Below, piece after piece: positions 60,288 through 64,000 of a DNA stretch of 64,000 bases (the stretch's first letter is position 1; each line of letters opens with the position of its first letter). The stretch lies in contig JABVCE010000021.1 of NCBI GenBank assembly GCA_014905635.1, positions 496,001-560,000 of the forward strand, read 5' to 3'. The notes below the pieces were generated by a model. The model was not told the DNA's origin. It worked only from the letters and a program-made list of their open reading frames with translations, and made no database searches. Source of the DNA: Scenedesmus sp. PABB004 (Eukaryota). Both the position numbers and the translations under genes were made by a program.

Positions 60288-60543
60288 GTGCGGCGGCCAG
60301 CCTGGCCGGCGCGCGGCGGCAAGCAGCGGGGCAAGCGGCCGGGGCGCGCGCGGCGCGCGCGCGGGGATCGATCTAGGCGAGTGAGGGGGCGGGAGGCGGC
60401 AGCGCGGGAGCGCACGCGAGCGATCGAGCCACCGGCCGAGGGGAACGCTTTACCCGGCCGGCCAGCCCGCGCGTGCACGCCCACAACCACTGCGCTGCTC
60501 ATTCACGCTCGCGCACGCGCCGCGCGTGCGGCCAATTGTCCGG

Positions 60544-63500
60544 TCAGCTCTCTTCCTTGACGCGCACGGCGCCGGTCCAGCCGCCAGCCTCGCCGCCGGC
60601 CTCAGCGCCGTGCAGCTCGCGGTCGGCGTCGCCGCTGCCGCCGTAGCTGGGCGACCGCGCCCCGTAGCTGGGCGAGCGCGCCCCGTAGCTGGGCGAGCCC
60701 GCCCCCAGCAGGCCCTCCAGCTCGTCGGCCGCCGCCGCCGCCGCCTCCTCGGCGGCCCGCAGCGGGCTGTAGAGGCCCGCCAGCTGCGTCGCGGCCACGC
60801 CGCCGTCCGGCGGGGGCCCCAGGTCGGCGGCCGACAGCGGCCGCGGCGCGGGGTGCGGCGCCGTGTCGCCGGCGAGGTGCGGTGGGCCCCAGCGCGGCGG
60901 CCGCGTCCGCGGGTCGCCGGGCCGCGGCCGCGGGTCCCCTGGCGGCGGCGGCGGCAGCGCCACGCCGCCGAGGGGGAGCGGCGCGCCGGGGACCGGCGGC
61001 GCGGCGCCGTGCGCGCCGGGCGCCGCAAACGGCGCGCCCGGCGGCGGGCCCGCGTAGCCCAGCGGGGGCCCGCCAAAGCCCGGGCCGCCAGGCGGCGGCC
61101 CGCCGGGGCCGGGGCCGGGGCCGGGGCCCAGGTGCGGCGAGGCCGCGCGGCGCGTGCGGTACGCATCGACGTGCTTCGAGCCCACGCGACCGTCGTGGTA
61201 GTTGCCGCTCCGGTGCTGCCCGCGGCGCACGGCCAGCACCGCGGGGATGGCACGCGCGTCGTCCTCGGGCGCTGCGGGGCGGGCGCGCGCGCAGGGAGCA
61301 GCGGGCGCCGCGTCAGATGGCGCCGCGGCGGCAGCGCGGCCGCCAGCAAGAGCGCCAACGCAGGCGCCGCGCGCCGCACCAGCGTCGCCCCGCCCAGCGC
61401 CTCCGGCGCCGCCGTCCGCTGCCTGGCCGCCCGCCAGGCCCGCCGCGCCGGCCAGCAGCTGCTGCACAGCCCGGCTCTGCTTGCGCGGGCGCTTCGGCGG
61501 CACGAGGCGCTCCGGGCCGAGCAGCGCGCTCACGGCGGCGGGCTCGCCGCCGAGGCGTTCATCGTAGTTGCGCCCGCGCTTGGGGCGCGCCCCCGCGGCG
61601 GCGAGCGCGGCCGCCGCCTCGCCGCACACATCCCAAAACTCCGCCGCGGCGAGCTCGCAGGCCAGCAGCACCGGCGGCGCCGCCAGCAGCGAGGCGACGG
61701 CCTCGGCGCCCGGCGGCGCCGCGCCGGACGCGCCCACCGCGTGCTGCACCGCCTCGGCGAAGCTGCGGCGCGGCGCGGCGGGGGCCGGCGTCGGCGCTGC
61801 CGCCGCAGCGCCAGCACGGGCCGGAGGCGCGGCGCGCAGGCCGCGAGCCCAGCCGGCGCGCCAGCGCGCGCCGAGCGCCGCCGCACCGGTGAGTGGCGCT
61901 CGGCGGCGGCTCGTCCGACGCTGCCGCGCCCACCTCCGGCGGCGCGGCTGCGAGCGCCTGGAACGCAGCCGCGACGCGCGCGCACGCCGCCGCGTGGACG
62001 GGGTCGGCGCCGGCGGCCGCGGACAAGTCGGCCAGCCGCCCCGCCGCCCACAGCACTGCCGCGGCCTCCGTCTCCGGCGCCGCCTGCTGGGCTGCCGGGC
62101 GCGCGTCGCGCGGCAAAAGCGACAGGTACCAGCGTGACGCGCCCTGGCGCAGCATCACGCGGCCGCGCGCGTGCTCGGCGAGCCCGCGCCCGCCCGCGGC
62201 GGCGCACGGCCCGACCAGCAGCGCCGCGGCGGCCGCCATGTTGGCGGGGCTCAGCAGCGCCGCGGAGACGAACACCGCGGCGACCATGTTGCGCGCCTCG
62301 GACAGGGCCGGCGTGTCGGCCAGCTCGCGCGCCCTGCGCGCGCGGCGGCGGCGGCGCGGCGCGTTGGCAGCGGGGCGCGGCGCGGCGCGCGGCGGGGCGT
62401 CCCTCGGTGCCGCGCGCCGCGCCGCGCCGCGCACCTGTCCTCGGTGGGCGTGAGGCTGACGTCAGGGTTGCACAGCGCAGCCATGAGCCGCACCACCAGG
62501 CCGGCCACCACCTGGCACTCGGGCTGCTCCTGCGACCTGCGGCGCGGCGCGCGCCCGCGCGCGCGTCGGCCGGGCGCGGGCCGGCGAGCCGCAGAGCGAC
62601 AGGCCGCGCCGCCCCGCGGAGCGACAGGCCGCGCTGCCCCGCAGAGCGACAGGCCGCGCCGCCCCGCGGAGGGAGAGGCCGCGCCGCGGCGGCGTCGCGC
62701 GCGCGCACTTGGCGGCGAGCTTGTGGAGGTACGAGGCCAGCACGCTCGCCACCCTGGCCTCCATCAGCGCGGCCTTGAACGCCGGGCGCGCCGCGAGCGG
62801 CAGCATCACCTCCACGACACGCTGCCCGTCGGCGAGCGGGGGCGCGGCGGCGGCGGCGGCCTCCCTGTGGCGCGCCAGCGCGGCGGCGCCCTGCCCCTGC
62901 GCGGCCATCTGGGCGAGGTCGGCGTTGAGCTGCATGGCCGCCCTGGTGGCCGCATTCATGACCGCCCGCAGCTCGTCCACCAGCTGCGGCGGCACAAGGT
63001 GCACGCGCGCGCGCGAGCCAGCGACAGCGGCGGCGGCAGAGCGCTGGGCAGTCGCGGGGCCCGGGGGCGCCGGCACGCAGCGCGGCGCGGCGCGGCGCGC
63101 CGCGGCGGCCGTCGCGCGCACCAGGGGCGCCAGAAATGGTGCCATGCCGCCGCCCAGGCCGCCGGCGCGCACGCACAGCCGCACGAGCGCGCCGCGCACG
63201 AGCAGCCCCTCGGCGGCCGCGCCAAACGCGACGAGGCGCTTCAGCGGGCCCATGGCCTGCTCCAGGCTCGCCGCGATACGCGCGCGCAGCGCGATGTGGC
63301 TCGGACGCCCAAACGCGGCGGCTGCGGGCGCGGCGGCGCGCCGAGAGGGGACGGCGAAGGGGGCGGGCGCGGCGTCAGCGCCGGGGCGGCCGCCGGCGGC
63401 GTCCGGGCGAGCCGGGCGCGCCCCTCCCCCCGCGCTCCCCGCCCGCGCACGCGCGCGCACCTGGGCGGGGCCTGCCGGCGGCGGCCGCCGCGTCCGCTGC

Positions 63501-64000
63501 GGCCGCGGCGGCCTGGCTCGCGCCGGTGGGCGGCCACTCCGGGGGGCACACGTCGCCGAGGGCGAGCAGCGCGGCCAGCAGCTGGCGCGGGCCCTGCCGC
63601 GTCGCCGGCGCGGGCGGCGCGTCGCGCTCGTGCCTGGCCCGCGCGGCCGCCTCGGCCGCCGCGACCGCGCACAGCGCGGGGCTGGGGCTCGGCCACTCCC
63701 CGAGGATCGCGCCGACGCAGTCGGGCCACCAGCTGGCGCGCTCCCAGCAGCGCAGGCATGCCGCCAGCGACTGCCGCGCCGAGAGCAGCAGGTGGTGCGC
63801 GCGCCCGCCGCCGCCGCGCGCGACGGCGGCCGCGGCGGCGGCCGCCGCGCGCGCCACGCGGCTGGCGTCGTGCGGGCCGGTCGCCGCGGCCGCCAGCGCG
63901 GCCAGCTGCGCCGCCACCTCAGGGCTGGCGATCGTGGCGGCGAGGCCCTCGTGCGTGGTCACGACGGCGGTGTACGCGCCTGCGGGCGCCGCGTGCCGAG
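60544..64000 (-). CDS. 3' part of a large helical-repeat protein, possibly Virilizer (VIR/KIAA1429)-like; 5' end lies off the window
   Basis: Spliced Ala/Leu-rich helical exons, then GRVGSKHVDAY (recalls the VIR C-terminal R-x-x-S-x-H-V-D-x-F/Y motif) and a Pro/Gly-rich tail. Coding status is clear; the family is tentative. Confidence 0.45.
62589..62688 (+). repeat. 25-nt minisatellite, 4 copies, intronic
   Basis: Unit ccgc(a/g)gagcgacaggccgcgc(c/t)gcc at 62589, 62614, 62639 and 62664. Confidence 0.92.

Noticed and set aside
62589..62688. 25-nt repeat as a possible CRISPR array
   Set aside because: The units are contiguous with no unique spacers, lie in a eukaryotic intron, and no cas genes are present.
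1..64000. Hundreds of long overlapping Arg/Ala/Pro/Gly-rich ORFs in the supplied track (e.g. 22408-25230 -, 49216-51786 +, 60526-62778 +)
   Set aside because: Stop codons are rare at this GC content. These ORFs are antisense or off-frame shadows or intron read-throughs with no domain signal.
1..64000. Transposases, viral genes, tRNA/rRNA genes or a non-standard genetic code
   Set aside because: None was recognisable, and the conserved proteins translate correctly with the standard code.

Overview
This is eukaryotic nuclear DNA, extremely GC-rich (about 80% by eye), gene-dense and intron-rich. It looks like a chlorophyte green alga, Sphaeropleales-like (inferred from an LHCA gene, plastid transit peptides, TGTAA poly(A) signals and CAG-rich introns). 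The supplied ORF track is mostly GC-rich read-through noise, so I rebuilt about 25 spliced genes by joining exons at GT/GC-AG junctions. They include L-galactose dehydrogenase, GPAT9, proteasome beta-6, a LysM protein, acetyl-CoA transporter, a Cx9C protein, VMP1, a GTPBP1/2-like GTPase, RPS8, LHCA8-like, HINT, a beta-propeller glycosidase-like protein, NDPK, a PHT4-like transporter, a CoA carrier, an M60/TCAF peptidase, NOSIP, an IQ protein, a STIL-like protein, an F-box/LRR protein and a partial Virilizer-like gene. The most notable observations are: (1) a plastid-targeted protein resembling cyanobacterial outer-membrane porins; (2) a STIL/SAS-5-like centriole factor; (3) a candidate bicistronic Cx9C/acetyl-CoA-transporter unit with no intervening ATG; (4) a C/D snoRNA and a long miRNA-like hairpin in neighbouring RPS8 introns; (5) very frequent AG|GCGCGC-type GC-AG introns; (6) a GTPase lacking the catalytic His. 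All family calls come from motif recognition by eye, not database searches. CDS coordinates are genomic spans including introns.
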